Assembly (NCBI GenBank): GCA_049724395.1 | Contig: JAUGWO010000105.1 | Location: forward strand, 1-64,000 | Source: Spongospora subterranea f. sp. subterranea | Lineage: Eukaryota | Reading direction: 5' to 3' | DNA: 64,000 nucleotides | In this document: piece by piece, positions 10,620-22,534 of the stretch | Numbering within the stretch: position 1 is the first letter of the stretch | How the letters are laid out: each line of letters opens with the position of its first letter | The notes under the pieces: model-generated | Databases searched by the model: none | Told to the model about the DNA's origin: nothing | The model's input: the letters and a program-made list of their open reading frames with translations, nothing else | Position numbers and translations under genes: made by a program

Positions 10620-11480
10620 CTTTGTTAAAAAACTATCCTTGGCGGGATGAATCAAAAAGGCATTTACACGAACCCTAACTGCGGTTTTCTTGAAATGGAC
10701 GTCACAAAACCGGTAATAGTTTTGAAGATCAATGGGTCTGTGTGCCGGAGAACATGCACCTTTTGGTGTGCTGTTGTTTTCCTAAAAAGGATGCTAATGA
10801 GAAACGGGATGGTTCGACCAATTGTCGGGCAATTGGTCGGATGTGAATGTGACGTTGACCTCCGCGAAATAGTCATCGAGAATATCAGACTCCAACTGAG
10901 AAGAATTTGTTTAACCGAGTCCGACTGCATTACAATGTGACCATTGTCCACATCAAGACAACGAGCTTCTGAATGTTTCTCCAATACTGCTCTCGAATGT
11001 AGCCAGCATACTTATTGAGGACAACATGGAAGTTTGGTTTTTGATTTTTCTCTGTTGGCTTGCCAGACGGTCCAAGTTTTTAAACGCCACATGGATTTAG
11101 CCTGCTGGTTCCCTAGTTGCAGTCCCAAATAAAAACTGCTTCGGCTTGATTTCCGGACCCATTTGGACGATATCTGACAATTTCATTCGACTCGCTTGAT
11201 CAGCACGAATAGGATGAGGCCTGGCATGATCATGAAGCCCCTATGTGACAACGTGATGAACTTCAACGTGCTGGTCACTCTTAAAACAGCATCGCAAGAA
11301 ACATGTTTCAACACGCGACCAGAACATGTTTCTGTACAAGGGCGAGGATGGGCGGTTTTCGCACAGTTTCGCGGCAAATGGGGCTTTCAGTGTATGAGCA
11401 CTCGACAAACGGGCACAAGTAGACACCAGACAGCTTTTGTTGTGAATTGTCGTGCCATCATTTCGAATGTTGTGTGTCAA
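10620..11480 (-). pseudogene. Degenerate Mutator-like transposase with GCM-type Zn domain
   Basis: Stitched frames give CTETCSGRVLKHVSCDA..SHxGLHDHARPHP..IVQMGPEIKPKQFLFG..IHVAFKNLDRL and later FCDVHFKKTAVRV (MULE-type CxxH). Contains stops and frameshifts. Confidence 0.55.
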
Positions 11481-12329
11481 CCGCCGCACCTTTGGCATTG
11501 AACCCATTGTCTATGCCAGTTTGATATGTCATATTACCGTTGAGTTAATACGGATCCGAGGTGACTTTGGCAGAGGAGAGTTTAGTATCAGAACAGGGTC
11601 GATGTTCCGACGAGCTATTGTTGCCCAGCGCCGAGCAGGATCTGCTGATGGTGGGGATCGTATCGTTCGAGCGACTTTGCGTCCATCAATTCATGCTTCT
11701 CAAAATCCGGTTGTTCTGATTGGAGCTGAAGCGGTGAAGATAACTTCACCGCACCTCAATGTTAAAATCACTTCAACCATATCAACGTTCTGGTTTGAAC
11801 CGAACGCGTCCACCATCGCTAACATCGCACGCGCTGCCTGAACAATGAAACATTCAGCTGGTTTCGGATCCATTGTGAAAATCGGTGTAATAATCAAAGT
11901 CCCATTGACTCTCTTGGGTGTGTGGTTTTGGCTGTTTTCTCTTATTTCAACCCACCATTGGCTCTCCTGGGTTTGTAATCAATCAACGGCTGGGTGTGTC
12001 TGGGTGTATGACACACCCAAGAACTAGGTAGTGAACCCTAAACTATTCGTAAATCATTCAACCACTTTTATGATAAAATTGGCCCCGCCGATCGCCATCC
12101 GAGCAGCGCCTAAAAAGGGGTAAAAAGGCCTAAAAAAGATACAAAAACGCCCCTCCAGGCAGGAATATCCTCATTTTACTACACCCAGGGCCTCGCTCAG
12201 GCACAGTTTCAAACAACGTCGTCATTGCGTAAAGTGTAGCTTTCGTTGACGGACGATTGACGATCATGGTTACCTATTTTCTCATCGAAAATTGCAAAAA
12301 TGCCTTTGAATTTCTGGATTGTTTTTGCG

Positions 12330-12900
12330 TCCGCCGATCGTCCAGCGGCTTTCATCGAATTCTGGACATAGAAATGTACTGTATCCTCATTCTCGCAGTT
12401 GTTTACTGATGATTGTTTTGAGATGGCGGATGGCCACTCGGGTAAATGTTTGGGTCAAGGCGTTTGTGATGTTTGTAATGAACCCCGTTCTGGTGGTGTT
12501 ATTGCACGACGCCACCCAATATATGTGTCTATCTCCCCAATTCCGGAGGTCCTTTTATTTCTTTCGTCATCTGGGTATACATGTGAAAGTACAACTACAA
12601 CGAGTCGCTCTATCTAGCCGCCAGACGGTCTCTGTTGAAAGTACTAGCGAACCGGAACAATCGATGTTAAGTCAAAAGATGATCTCGTTTCGGTTGTTTT
12701 GGCGTCTTCTCTAGCCGAATGTAAACTCCAAGGTGCTGATGACAATTTTCTAACTGGGCTTTCTGTTCATTTTGAAGAATTCTCCGATGTTTTCCGTGTA
12801 AAGCTAGGACATGATCCACCAGCAGATGTTTCGCCGTTAATACTCAAATTAGAACCAGGCTCGAAACCGTTCATGGCCGAACCTCGCAGAATGTCAACAG
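12330..12900 (+). mobile_element. Ty3/gypsy pol fragment (protease-distal region and pre-RT linker)
   Basis: FEMADG..PEVLL/LGIHVKVQL and EEFSDVFRVKLGHDPPADVSPLILKLEPGSKPFMAEPRR, typical of the segment just upstream of gypsy RT. Confidence 0.65.
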
Positions 12901-13249
12901 TGTCTGCAGGCCAATGTTCCCAAATTTCGGAAGGAATCCTCATTGGTGACTGATTCGGAAAACTTGGGTAGGTTTCCAACACTTATTGGTTGTGAGAAGG
13001 AGAGTTCATTGGACCGAGACGTAGTCGTTGGTTTCATAGCGTCACTCAAATTGCTTATCGAACTCAGTAACTTTAAGACATCCGACTGAATCGTCTGAGC
13101 GACCATGAATAAAGTCCAGCCGGAAGACGATTAGCCGAAACAGAATTGTTGAGAACAAACTGTATAAGCGGTATCAAATGGGTCATTCAGTCTTTTTCAT
13201 CCGGAGAAATCCTGACAGAAGGGAACGGAGAACAAATAAGGAATGCGAA

Positions 13250-13470
13250 TGACCATTTTAGACCAGGGACAGTACGGGGACCGTAAGTGATGTTCACAAT
13301 GACGACGAAATCTCAGATCCTCCATAACTCGATTGAGAAAATGGGATCCGCGATCAAACACCCAGCGGGGGCAACTCCATACCGACTGAACCAATCGAGC
13401 AAGGAAACAGCAAAAGACGCTCCAAAATGAAGAAAATCGAAATGAAATAACTTCATTTGCTCGTGAGCTG
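13250..13470 (-). mobile_element. Ty3/gypsy integrase fragment
   Basis: HFDFL..LLDWFSRYGV / WVFDRGSHFLNRVM..HH..PYCPWS, an rve-type core with a frameshift. Opposite orientation to the adjacent pol fragment. Confidence 0.75.
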
Positions 13471-14249
13471 TTTTTTTCAAAGAGGTTTGCGAGTTAAAGC
13501 CGCTGCCAAAGAGGCAAAATGCTGAGAAAGACACTGAAACAAACAAAGAATTTGATCCAGAAGGTCTTAAAATACTTAAAATATCTTCCGCCACTTCAAC
13601 AGATGCTGCTTGCAATTGCGAGTTTGAGCTGAGCTTTTGGATCCAGGGTTTGTATCATATGTTTTTGTTCTAGAACCCTTCAGGTAAAGACATGGAAGCT
13701 GTCAAGCTCAAGTACGCTGATGCATACGATAGGGAGCTGTATGCTTTTGTCACCTTGTACGAGTCGATTTCACTATCGCAATCTTCACTGGACATTTTGT
13801 TGCAGTCGGAATCTCCAAGGTCACAAACGGGATTGTACGCCTTCTTGTCTTCGCGTTTGTCTGGGCAGCAGTACGTGCCGCTTGTCTGCAGTTTGCTGGA
13901 TCTAACGCCGAAAGACGCAGCAGGTGAGATTTAACAACTGTTGACGTGAGCCAACCTCGGGTTAACCAACACGGTACTTCAACTTGCAGCGGTCTTCTCC
14001 ACCAAAGATGATTCGCCATTCGTCTTCCGTTTCCCGCCGATCTACAGGATGGGCTTTATACCAGACCCGGTTGCCCATTGTAGCCGACATCGACTCGTAT
14101 CTGGACCTATGTACCGCCTTTGCGGCACATGCGGGTTGTTGACGTCCATCAAAAAGCCATTTCGAACGCGGATAACAAACCTGACTTATCTATCTAATTT
14201 CGCATTTGGTGTATGTGTCTTGCGATTGGATAAACGCCCTTCCCATACC

Positions 14250-16063
14250 ATCAACACTCCAGCAGTAATGGAGGTTGCATTTTCAGTGCTTCATCTGCAG
14301 TGTGATTCAGTATTTCAAATGCGACTTCCAAACTCTCACTATTGAGCTGCTGTCAGAACGCATTGCTTTCGCTCATGCAGTTGGCATGGAAATACCTCGT
14401 TCAAATTAAAGAGCAGGTTGCCGCATTTCAACCGAATCCTCGGTGGTGGATGAACGGCTCCGGCGAGACTTGGGAAGCTCGGGATGCACGTTAGTTTGGT
14501 GGTGTGCGAGAATACGTCCACCACCCTCCTATCGTACGTCACGATTGGTTCATCTTGCCCACCGGGATGGTAGATTAACAGGACTGATCCTGCCTTGCCG
14601 TTTTCGTGGTATGCAGAAAATGGTACATGGACACTAGTTGACTCTATTCCCGAAGGACACAGGCCAATACGAGGCAAATGGGTATTTACCAAAAAGATGG
14701 ACAACGGTCATCCAACATTCAAGGCGAGATTCGTTGCCAGGGGCTTTATCCAACGGTATGGCCTTGATTATACAGACACTTTCTCATCCGTCTTAACTTA
14801 CACATCTCTGCGATTCATCGTGAGCCTTGCATCGAAACGCAAATGGCCACTATCACACAGGGACTTTCGAACCGCATATTTAAACGCACAACTGCTGGAA
14901 CCCATTTACATGACCCAGCCAGAGGGCTTCGTTCAGCCAGGGGCGGAGACCAAGGTTTGCTTTCTAAACAAAGCCCTATATGGACTTAAACAAGCAGGCC
15001 GTGCATGGCAAACAACCCTGTTTAAGACACTGAAAGACACCAATCTACAACAATCTGGTTACGAGCCTTGCATATGGTATCGTACATCAGGACAATTGGT
15101 CACCATTATTGGAATTTACGTAAATGATTTACTGATAACTGGAAATGACAAAGTGAAGATCACAGAAATCGATCAGATTTTACATTCAACGTACCGAATG
15201 AAAGATCTCGGAGAAGTAAAAACGTTCTTAGGGATCGAGATCCTACACCAAGAAGCCAACTCAATCATAACTCAACGTGCATATATCCTACAACTCCTAA
15301 AACGCTTCAAACAAATAAATTGCAAACCAGAACCCACACCAGCGACAGGTTGCGAAATTACAGACGAAACCATCGTGCCGAACGTCTACCCAATTAGAGA
15401 AGCTTTAGGAGCACTCATGTTCATTGCGAACGCGACACGACCAGATATAGCCTACATCGTTAACAAACTGAGCCGATCCGTGCCGAAACCAACAGCACAA
15501 CTCTGGAGAAACGTCCAACGGATATTCAAGTACCTGAAGGGAACGGCAAATTATGGACTAATGTTTGGCAGGCCTGATGAGACAATCGCCTGTTATGCCG
15601 ACAGCAGCTTCGCTGACGACGTTAATGATCGCAAGTCTACAACTGGATGGTTATTGATGTTCGGATCATCTCGTGGCGATCAACAAAGCAGAAATCTGTG
15701 GCGCTATCAACCACTGAATCAGAATATATGGCCTGCTGTGATGCAGCAAAGGAAGCTATTTGGATGAAGAACTTATATCAAGAAATGATTGAGAAGACCT
15801 GTCAACCTGTGATTATATTTCAACATAATCAGAGCGCAATTTTCTTAGGAAAGAATAATGTTACACAACGACGCACAAAACATATTGATATTCGATATCA
15901 TTTTATTCGTGAACAAGTTGAAGAACTGACGATCGAACTTCGATATTGCAGTACAGATAAGATGACAGCAGACATCTTGACTAAACCATTGGGACCAAAC
16001 TCGTTCAAGAAACATCGAGACGAAGTTGTAGTAAGCTTCGAATCGAAGGGGCGTGTCAGATAG
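14250..16063 (+). mobile_element. Ty1/copia 3' half: integrase remnant, RT and RNase H; inactive
   Basis: KWVFTKK..FKARFVARGF..LYGLKQAGRAW..YVNDLL (YVDD mutated)..YADSSFADD..RKSTTGW; frameshift near 15665 into SWRSTKQKSVALSTTESEY..KHIDIRYHFIRE..ADILTKPL. A purine-rich PPT-like gaaggggcg at about 16046-16053 is followed by TG at 16054. Confidence 0.92.
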
Positions 16064-17199
16064 AGACGATCCTAGCGTATTCTTGATCATTATTGCTACT
16101 CGTACTTTAAACGCTTCTTTGTCTTTCGTCCTAATCTATATCGCTACCGGTATCCGCTTCACGTTCGTAATCCGTATTTTGGACTTATTCATCGCAGGTC
16201 ATCGCGGGGTTCGGCGATGTTGGAATCGTTGTTTGAGGAGATTAGCCCTTGTCGATATTGAGGGCGTCCTGGCAACGCTTCCGCCATTGTCGGGGATTGT
16301 GAACCTGAACATCCGGGTGGAGGACGTACTACTCTAGGAGCCTGGGCGTATTCCACCATCCAGGTCAATGTGGATCGGTCCACGAAACTTCGGTTAATAT
16401 TTCGGATACAGTAGTAAATTTATTATACACATTGCAGCAACGGCATCAGGCAAGGGCTCTTCAAAGACACTTCCGTTCTATAACCGTCAACTGCACCAAA
16501 TTTGCGGAATTTGCGATAACTAGTTAATGGTTTTCTCGGGAATGCAGGAACTGCCCCTGGGATTTTCAAAATCTTTGAACCGTCTGTTCACCATTTCATG
16601 CCTGGCTTGGAGAAGCTTGAGTTCTGAATTTAGGCGCCGCCGCTCCGCTCGTTATTTGACATTGACCTTACTGTTGTGAAGAACTATTCGCCTTCTAGAC
16701 GTTGATTATTTGAAGTGAAGTGTCGCGACTGTACTGAATAGCAATATTACACTGTGAAGGGCCACGATTTTACAGGTCTCGTGAAGGAATAAATTGCTCA
16801 TAGAAGTGCATGATTACAGGTCAGAATGATGATATATGGTCTGACAACGCCTCCTGGCTGGCTATCCGGCATTTTTCCTATGAGCAGTTTGCAAGAAACG
16901 CTCCCAATCGAAGTGGTGAGCGCATTATTACTGAGCTCGAGAAGTAAAGTAAACAATGTTATCGTCCAACGTCTCTGTGTCAATTGTTTCCTGTGAATAT
17001 CGATTCCATGCGCACATTCAACCAAACCGCGCCAACTTGGTCAGCCGGCCTGTTTGGCCAGGTTCGCACGCGGCGTCGCCGGAGACTCACAGTCATTGAC
17101 TCGGTCGCTCCACACTGCCACCACGGGGTTGCGCAGTGCTTATTATTTGTATCGTGAGTTGGTGACTGTGTGGATTGAGTGATTTGTAGGCGAGACCCT

Positions 17200-17310
17200 G
17201 TCTTAGGCGTGACCCTCATTACAGGTGGTCTTAGGCGTGACCCTCATTACAGGTGGTCTTAGGCGTGACCCTCATTACAGGTGGTCTTAGGCGTGACCCT
17301 CATTACAGGT
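17200..17310. repeat. Tandem repeat, 4 x 28 bp (gtcttaggcgtgaccctcattacaggtg)
   Basis: Units at 17200, 17228, 17256 and 17284, ending 13 bp before the kinase ATG. Confidence 0.95.
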
Positions 17311-17323
17311 AGTCTAATGCGAT

Positions 17324-19226
17324 ATGGGAACGAAACATTCTCGACCCACAGTAGAGAGTGTTAAAGAGACGGAGACGGGTGTCAGTGTCCCCATAGAGTC
17401 GTCCTCAGAATCCGAACAGGACCAGGATCTGTTCGCGCCGTTCGACGATCCCCCTGCCCTGCAGCGAAGCACGTCCCAGGATGACCTGATCAGTCTGGAG
17501 GACATTGACTCGATCGTATCGATGTATTTGGGTCCACAGATTGGCTGCTCCAATGATCTGACCGTCGCTAAGGAACAATCACAAATCTCATTGCTGTCCA
17601 ATGCCGTAAACTCCTTTGACTAGGCCATTTATTTTGCTGATGTTTGACAGATATTTAACAGAGTTTTGAGCAAGCAATCCTCGAGTCTGATAACTATTAC
17701 GATGAATGCGAAAGGCGTCTTTACGAGGTTCCCCGTCCGAAACCCTCCAGTGATACTTCAGAGGTATCAAAGTTTTTCTCAAAACGCTTTGTTCACACTT
17801 AACCGTGCTATAGAAACCTGCTATATTTGCTTGGCAGCGTGGCGAATTGCTTGGCTCTGGTGCATATGGGTCCGTTTATTTAGGATTAAATACGGATGAA
17901 GGCAAATGGTTTGCTGCCAAACAGGTCCACAAGCATGCCAATGGTTGTCATCGCCAGTCATTAATCAGTGTACTACAGGTTGCACTTGTCACGGAAAACG
18001 CTAATGATGCTAGCCAGTTTGTTAAAGCTCTGGTTCAAGAGATTAACGTATTGAAAACGTTGAAACATGAAAACATTGTTCAATATTTCGGCACACAGCG
18101 AGATGACAAATATCTCAACAGTAAGTCGTGCAAGATCGTGCGGTAGTGGTTTCTTATATCAGTAGTTTTCCTGGAGTTTGTCCCCGGCGGCAGTATTGCA
18201 TCGATAATCAAACGGTTTGGTAAATTCAAAGAAACTTTGGTCTCAATATACACCAAGCAAATTTTGCTCGGTATATTTTTTGCTCGTTGATAACATGCGT
18301 GTTCTCATTTTCTCCTAGGGCTCGAATACCTGCATCGGCACCAAATAATGCATCGCGATATCAAAGGGGCCAACATCCTTGTCGATACAAACGGGGTATA
18401 CTTTGCGCGGTGCTCTGTCGATTGCAACCATTAAATCATTGCTGGTTAGGTCTGTAAATTGGCAGATTTCGGAGCAGCGGCAAGGCTAGCTGATCTTACT
18501 CAAGTATTTCTGTCCGCCGTTTTCAGATATCTGTTTCTCAATACTTCGACCTTAGGCTCAGCGTCGTACTATCCATGGCACTCCTTTTTGGATGGCGCCC
18601 GAAGTAATCAAACAAACAGGCCATGGCCGTCAAGCAGATATCTGGAGTGTGGGATGTACTGTTATAGAAATGGTAAAGCGCCTATCGAATCTCGCCGTAT
18701 ACGGGTAGTCAGTATAATTTCCTCTTGGCTAAGGTTACAGGAGTCCCTCCATGGCGTCAGTTTAAGACCCCAGTTGCTGCATTGTTTCATATCGCTAGCA
18801 CAAATGCTCCCCCAGAGCTGCCATCTACCTTGTCACCCCAACTGAAAGATTTTATTTTGACGTGCATGCAAAGGTAATCACTGTAATCTCCAAGGTAGCT
18901 TCGTGCTCTCAGCGATGTTACGCAGAGATCCCAGCAAAAGGCCTAACGCGACTAGACTTCTTCAACATCCATTTCTCGCCGACTCTGACTTCGCTTCATT
19001 TACGGATTCGTCGACCTGCGGATCGCCTTCAAGTCCCATTGCAGATGCTGCTGCCATCCAGGACTTTTTATCTCAAAATCTATCATCACATCTGGACATC
19101 ATCCGGCGGAATTCGCTCGACAGGACCCTGGCTGGTATGGCTGACCTTGAGAAACAGGTGACTCTACAGGAAATCAAGGACGAGCTTGCTTCAAATATAT
19201 TATCGACCCGTAGGCAATCATTGTAA
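17324..19226 (+). CDS. STE11/NPK1-like MAP kinase kinase kinase (multi-exon)
   Basis: Exons separated by short GT-AG introns give [76 protein letters not shown] and [12 protein letters not shown]. Confidence 0.93.
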
Positions 19227-19518
19227 AAAGTGTAATTTATCCCATCCATAAACTATTGTATATATCTGGTCATCGACATTATTGCTGGTCTTGAATGTTG
19301 GCGCATTTCGGTCATTCCCTTGATCAATATTCATTCATCGATAAGGTATGCGAACAATGGGTAATCCCCCAATATCAATATCGACCTAAATCAGTGGATG
19401 ATCTTATCCGATAAAGCGATAACCATCACAGCCCCTATCCCATATAACTCGCTCCCCACGATCTCGGTTCCCGATCCAGTTCACGCAATCGTCCCAAGTG
19501 TCCAACCCCCTCCACGCG

Positions 19519-20179
19519 ATGCTTCTCAAGGAGTCCAGCACCGTCTCCTTGCGCCATCTTCCCCTCTTCCCCACTGATCGCCCGCCGCCGGCCTGCTCCC
19601 CATCGTCATCGCGGGCCTCGTCTCCTTTGGCCCCGCGCCAGCCCAAGCGACCTCGCCATTCGTATTCCGATCCCATCGTTGAGTATGGTCATATTCCTCG
19701 CCCTTCTCGACTAACTGGCGACAAAGTCTTTTCATTATCGTCATTGTCCAAACTAGATCAACGTAATTATCATCGAGATGACACTCTCTTCTGGGTTTTA
19801 ACCCGTTATTTTAGGTGCCATTGTGGCGCTATTCAGTTTCGTTCGTGATCAATTCGAGACGTTCGTCGAAGTGATCGTGGGTGGTTTGGTGTATTACGAG
19901 CTTCTGCTTCAGATGAGGCCGTTCCTGCGAAGGAGCTCCCCGCGGGCCACGACGCGCAAGCTGATGACATCGCTCCTGCTCAGCTCGAAATGGGTCGACG
20001 ACGATTGCCTCGACAACAAGGTCTGGAGCGATCATTTCCGGATCCCCCTGAAGACGCTGAACAATCTTGAGCGAACGGTGCTCTCGATCCTCAGGTTTGA
20101 TATCGCAGTCGCCGAAGAAGAATATGATCTGGCGCATCGGCGTGTTTTGCCAATCTTGCTGGGTCTTCCCCCTTTCTAA
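19519..20179 (+). CDS. PHO80/U-type cyclin-like protein (intron-containing; start uncertain)
   Basis: LMTSLLLSSKWVDDDCLDNKVWS..LKTLNNLERTVLSILRFDIAV cyclin-box pattern. Confidence 0.8.
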
Positions 20180-20311
20180 AACCAACACCCGGGTCATCCT
20201 GATCTTTTTAACAATATACGAATTTTATTATCTCATCGAATGGCGAAAACATCGATCTGTTCAGCAATTTCCGGAACCCAAAAACACGTCCCCTCGACAG
20301 ATCTACTTTAA

Positions 20312-21332
20312 TTATTTGAAGGCGAGTTCGTTGTCGATATTGACGGCTGTGGTGGAAGGCGGCCATGTCGGGCCATTTCGCCAATCGACCTTGAGTCCGT
20401 GCGTGTGCTGCTGTAGCCTGTAGCGCCATCGGACCTTTGGGCGAACGCGAAACCGACCCCCGGATCGTGTGTGTCTGGGCGCTGTGGCCGGCAGGCGACG
20501 CCCGCCTCCTCGACCATGGATATCCCATCGGACCGGCTCATTCGAATGGCGTGCGAGTTCCTCGGGCGCCATAATCGTGTGGTGATGGAGGTGTCGATCA
20601 ACAAGGCCGGTACTCGACCGCCCGATAGTCAAGTTCCGGGGCCAGTTCGCGCCGTCTTAACCGGTACAATATCGGCGACGTCGAATCGTGTTCGATGACG
20701 ACGATCCTGATGTTAAAATTGTGTAGGTCCAACACAGCCGAACAATCCCACCGCATTTCCCGAACAAAATACTGGTGATACTCGTGATGGATATTGCCCT
20801 AAATGCAAATTTCGCCGGATAAACTCGGTTTGTTCGAATTCCCGGTGCAAAGGGTGCTGTTTTCAGGAAGGGCATTGGTCGTGTTCGGTGCATAAAAAGG
20901 ACGGGTAAATGGGGTTATGAACCGCAAACGTGGTTCTGAAATTTATGAATCGATTTTGTTCAGACCTGTTCGTTTGGAGCCCGGTCCTTCTGCATCGACC
21001 GCTCCTAGCGCTATCGCTGCGGCCGGTATCGCTCAACGTAGTGTCCATCCAACCGGTCAGTGACATTACATTGTTTTTGCGCTTGGAAACCCGTATTCAC
21101 CGGAAATTCCCGACAGGACCGCAAGGTCAGACCGTTCCTTGCGCGTTCTGTAATCGCCTGATCCCCATCCAGGGAACGCAATTGGCGTTTCATATTCAGG
21201 TTCTCGGTTTGCGCCTTTCCGTAATCGCGAGTCGCCCCTGATATTGTTGCCGGTAGTCGTGCCGCGCCACGTTCTTCGACCAATACCCGCAAGCTCGTAA
21301 GCTAAGTGTCGCCGGCCTGCATCATTTTGCAT
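20312..21332 (-). CDS. Possible hypothetical multi-exon protein
   Basis: ATG at 21332 and a plausible GT-AG splice joining MQNDAGRRHLAYELA to GATRDYGKAQTENLNMKRQL. A putative last exon ends ..NIDNELAFK*. No homology recognised. Confidence 0.3.
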
Positions 21333-21373
21333 GGAGTTCAGCGCGTCCCAACCATCCTATCCCGCCCATCAAT

Positions 21374-22438
21374 ATGGCGCCGACTGCCCCGGTCGCTCAT
21401 CAGGCTCTCGCTCCCGTCCACCCTAAAAGCGAAATCATTCGTCCTCCCACAGCCGGTAAGACCTCGAGCGGTTCCGTGTTCCGACTTTTCAATTTCCGTC
21501 CATAGGGTTTCCTCCTGCCGAAATCGCCCGGGCTCTCGCTTGGGAACAATCGGTCAAGGACCTTCCTGAACATATTGAGGCAATTCTTCCCGCCCCTCAA
21601 ATGCGCCGTTCAAGGAGAGGGGGTTTGCTGTTAGTAATGTGCACGATGTTCCGTCGCCATTTGTTCTAACTCTGAGGGGGACGTTCCCAGAACCAAAAGA
21701 AAATCCGACGAAGAGTTCCAGGAGCTCTGCAAGAAGGCGCGTCGTGATTCGCAGGCGTACATCGAGGAAGCCCTGGAGCGATACAAGACCGTCATTGAGG
21801 ATTTCAGGATCATGTTCGGCGCGAAACAGGATGAACCCGACCCACCCGAGCGCAGTCTGATTGTCCGCCAGATCCATAATCTCTGCAAACAATCGGTCGT
21901 TCAGCAGTAATTTCGACGCGAAAATCAATCGAAGTTTAGCTGATTGCTCTAATCCCGTTTTTCTTTCCGTCGTAGAACCAATCGATTGAAAGAGTCAATC
22001 GCTCGTGACCGATCCGAATTCGAGGCCAGTATTCTACGCGAAAAGGAGTCGGGGGAGAGATCGTTCGGCCTCGTTCAACAGCTTCGAATCGTCCAGAACT
22101 CGTCGCAACTCAAAACGGTCAGTGTTCTCCATCGTCATATCACTCTGCTGTTCTGATCGTTGGTCGTGGTGCTTTCGCTCAGGTCGCCGGTCGGTTCACG
22201 ATGCACCATTGGCTAGGATGGAGAGCCAGGATGCCAACCCACGTGCAGCGCCGTTCCCGTCTTCCATTGATCTATTGTGCCGGCGTCGCGCCCGTATTTG
22301 CGTCCCTGGACCCGGTCAGGTCCACTCAGAAATAAACCAAAAAACAATTCTCTTCCAGATGATCTGTACGACTCTATCGCCGACATTTTCGTCCAGAACC
22401 GGACGCGATCATTCTGGAACATTGCAGAAAGATCATGA
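21374..22438 (+). CDS. Hypothetical multi-exon protein
   Basis: In-frame splice MAPTAPV..PPTAG|FPPAEIARALAWEQSVKDL. Further exon-like segments are YIEEALERYKTVIEDF, NRLKESIARDRSEFE and DDLYDSIADIFVQNRTRSFWNIAERS*. Confidence 0.5.
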
Positions 22439-22534
22439 CCCGGAACTGTCTCGATCTTCTATCGAGGTCAGGCAACGGTCCAGACAACACCAACCCCCAT
22501 CGGGCCCACCAACCCATCCGTCATTATCATTACG

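Noticed and set aside
16054..16846. Complete 3' LTR from TGTCAGA (16054) to TCTGACA (about 16846)
   Set aside because: There is no second LTR copy in the window to confirm it, and a 7-bp inverted match can arise by chance.
17200..17310. 28-bp repeats as a CRISPR array
   Set aside because: Head-to-tail copies with no spacers, no cas genes, and a eukaryotic context.
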